DNA of 64,000 nt from Amoebophrya sp. A120 (lineage: Eukaryota > Protista > Dinoflagellata), in the NCBI GenBank assembly GCA_905178155.1, contig CAJINV010000001.1, positions 15,500,142-15,564,141 on the forward strand. Reading direction: 5' to 3'. A model generated the notes under the pieces. It saw only the letters and a program-made list of their open reading frames with translations. It was not told the origin of the DNA and ran no database searches. Below, in pieces: positions 60,909-64,000 of this stretch; position 1 is the stretch's first letter; the number at the start of each line of letters is the position of its first letter. The position numbers and the translations under genes were made by a program.

Positions 60909-61378
60909 CAAGGAGAGTTGTCCTTTGCTTGTTTAATCATCACGCTCATCTATCTCATGGTCGTAGCCGCGCGCACCAGATCCAGAGAACTGCAACTGAC
61001 TACATCGTGGACTAAGATTTCCACTTGATGCTGCTCCTGTTACCCTGAGACATGAGTTATGGTGTGACTGGCGATCGTGCTTCTTCGGTTTCTTTTTTTT
61101 GTGACTGAAGAACGTGAAAAAAGTCAGATCCAGATGAATCATGAACGGAAAGAAGGTCTAAGTAAGTTGCACACCACTCTCCGAGACCGAGAGGTCAGGC
61201 CACAGCCACATTTTCTGTGGCCGGATTGGCTTTGTCATGATTGTGGTCAAAGAACATTTTTGATAAGTACGATCTGAAGTTCTGCCACACCAGGTACTGC
61301 GCACGCGTACTGACATCGACCAATCTGGTTCCCTGCAAGTAGACCCCTCAGCGCGTTTAGGCACTCACATCTGGTGGC

Positions 61379-64000
61379 TTGATTGCGCACTCCGCGATCC
61401 AAGTAAAAGATATGGGCTTTCTGGATGAGGACTTTTCGCAGGAAGCGGTGTGGCATGCGCGTCATGGTACTAACGCTCATTGCGGCCCCGATATCGGCGA
61501 GCCGGTACAAGGTGGTGTGGAGAGTTTTAGCTACGAGGGAAGCGAAGAAAGAGGCAGGCTGCCTCCATCTTCGTTCCAACATCACCAAGGGACCATCGAC
61601 TGTGGTCCTCGCTACACCCGGGATGGCCTCCTGGCAAACCTGCAGTCCCTGCGCGCAAAATTTCCCGTGGATGCGGAGTTTCATCCACTTGAGACGCAGG
61701 GGAAGAAGCATGCTCCTTCGAGCACATCACCTTCGGCGTCGTCCAGCAGCTTCTTCTGGGACCGCTCTTTATCCGCCAAAACGGAAGCCCAGCTGGAAAA
61801 GATCCAGTTGGCTTTCCCTCCAGAATCTGCCGCGTTGAAGGATCCGACGATGGAGAATGTGGACCTCGTGCTGCATCAGTTCTTGCCCGACGCATCGAAG
61901 CATTTGCTGCAATCCAAGCAACAGAGACTGAGAAGCAAACCAGGTTTCGATCGCACGGGGGATCAGATTCCCAAAATTCTGTACCAACTGGCGCGATGTT
62001 GTGCGAAGATCAATACTTTTTTCCTGCGTTTGCAAAAGAAGGTGGTAGAAGTGTGCACAACGAGGCTCGAAGAAGAAGGCGCTTCACCTGTCGTGACCAT
62101 CGACAAGCTAGCTTCCCGGGTGTTACGAGACCTCGAGCACGAGCTTGGACGTTTCCGCACGACCGGGAACGCCGGGGAGGACCCAAACGCAAACGCGAGC
62201 GCTTCTGTTTTATCGTCAGAAAGCATCGGGACAGCAGATGAACCTGTGAAAGAAAAAGAATCAAACCACGTAGCAGCCGCCCAAGCAAAGGCTGCAGCGC
62301 ATAACTGGAACTACGAGCTAGCCGGAACGAGTTTCGACTCTTGGTCGTTTCTGTTGACGACTATGAATCCACAAAGTTTTCCCGGGGGACTACAGCAGGT
62401 ATCTCGATTTCCTTTGCACACTTTTATGTTGGTCTTGTTGCGCCGAAGCAAGGCCGCGCAAGTCATAGTTTACCATAAAAAGCTCATCCGCTAAACTCAC
62501 ATTCTAGTGCCCAGAGAGATCATCACGAGAACCATTCACCTCTTGAAGAACCACTCTTCTCAGATTGTCCGCGCCATGGTGATTTACGTGACTGGGAGCG
62601 CGTCAAATTTTCCCACCGAAGAGAAAAGGAAAGTCCGTTCCTCACCGGACGAAAAGGTCTTTTCTGTTCGCATGGGCGCGATGGGTAGTAGCGAGCTGCT
62701 GATGCATTGGACCCGGTTGATTTACGTGAGCGCCATGGAGGTCATGCCGGAACTCGCTCGCGTCGTCGCGTTTTCCTCAGTCGTGGAGGATGATGGGACT
62801 GATGCTTCTGCTTGCGCGCCAGACCACATCAAGAAGAACCCGTCGCAGGCGAAGAGGCGTTTATCCACAGTCGACTTGTCCATTGCTCTTGCCAAGAAAG
62901 TTTCGTTTTCTCGCCCCGACGGCTTTCCACCGAGTTCCGACGATGAAGGAAATAAACCGAGAACGGACTTTGGAAATAAAGCCATACCAAAAACGGACAG
63001 CGAATCTACTTCAGCACGCAACGTTGGCGCAGAAGGCGACTCAGCAGCCTTTTCACTTCTAAAGCGATCCGCTGGTGCTTGGAAACCGTCTGGAAAGTGG
63101 CGACAAAAAGAGAAAGAAGGCAACAGCAGGGAAGACAGCCAGGCCGCGGTGCGTGCCAGCGACGTCAGGGACGAGACTGTAAAAATGCGCAGTTGTGGCA
63201 CGACGTCCACGTCTAGCCCGTCAGCCATCAGTGCCTCGTTTGACGCGACCGCTTCTCCCGTGTCAACATCTGAAACACCTGCGTCGCGCCGAATTTCCGA
63301 GGCGGCCACCCAGCTTGACGAAAATGCACTTTCCTTTTTCGAGCAGTTACACACCGACACCACGATGAAAGCGTCCTTCGGCCCGGCAACTGATACCGTC
63401 ACTCCCTCGACGAGGACGGTGGCAGCGCCGGGGTCAAAACAGATTCGTCCCCCACCCGGCTTCGAAGCTGCTGAAGGCGGACTGAGTTCTAAGGAGTATG
63501 TCAAAAGAACTTCATCTTCGCTGTGTCGCTCGCCGATTAGCACAACCACCACAACTGCAGAACCAGGTGGTCCTCGTGAAAAGTTTTCACTGTCCTCCTC
63601 TCCCGCAGACAGGTCAACGATCGCGCCTTCTTCACCGGCACCGTCATCGGTTTTGTTCTCGTCCCCGGATAGTTGTAACAACACTAGCTGCCCAAGTATT
63701 ATCAGCTACACTTCTTCCACTTCGTCGACTGCATCTCGTGTTCTACTTGGCCCGGTTCCGGTCTCTTCCTTCCTTGCGGACGAAGACGATCTGCCTAGCG
63801 AGTTTGAGCTCGTGCCGGTTCTCGAGAAGAATTGCCAGGCCGCGGGGGAAGGACCCGACGAGGCCGCAAGCAAAGCCGTGCAGCACAATTCTAAGAACGG
63901 AGCCTGCTCAAAGTTGTCAAGTGACGAATTATCTGCACGAACAGAAGATGAAAACAACTCCGGCTGTTTCGTGCAGAAGGTCCTCCAGTTTCTCCGTGCC
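61379..64000 (+). CDS. Hypothetical protein, 3'-truncated by the window
   Basis: 371-aa ORF, a probable intron ending at ~62507, then a + frame (PREIITRTIHLLKNH...) that appears to run off the window. Only partly translated by eye. Confidence 0.5.

Noticed and set aside
62722-63684. Long antisense ORFs (also 14270-15352, 41607-42614, 45507-46340)
   Set aside because: Antisense shadows of + strand coding sequence.
1-64000. Autonomous transposase, tRNA, rRNA or snRNA genes
   Set aside because: None recognisable by eye.

Overview
Eukaryotic genomic DNA, most likely a Syndiniales dinoflagellate such as Amoebophrya. This is inferred from the alveolate-type genes, the one-strand gene cluster and the non-canonical introns. 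About 22 protein-coding genes lie on the + strand, including two Methyltransf_24-type SAM methyltransferases, a YdcF/DUF218-like protein, a large EF-hand membrane protein, a DUSP11-type RNA phosphatase, a thioredoxin/PDI-like protein, centractin ARP1, LSm8, an FMO, a PP2C and mitochondrial rps8. The main signal is 17 short (113-609 bp) MITE-like elements. They have terminal inverted repeats beginning TAT and ending ATA (16 of 17), 5-bp flanking target-site duplications and a recurring TGTCATGC motif. Sixteen interrupt reading frames, and in each case removing the element plus 5 nt restores the protein, with no consistent GT-AG ends. They behave as transposon-derived non-canonical introns (introners). 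They occur in both orientations, one is nested inside another, one carries a poly(A) retro-insertion with a 19-bp duplication, one interrupts LSm8, and 12 cluster in one EF-hand region. Canonical GT-AG introns coexist and host a 104-bp-TIR foldback element, a 154-bp satellite and a GC-rich palindrome array. All coordinates and alignments were read by eye.
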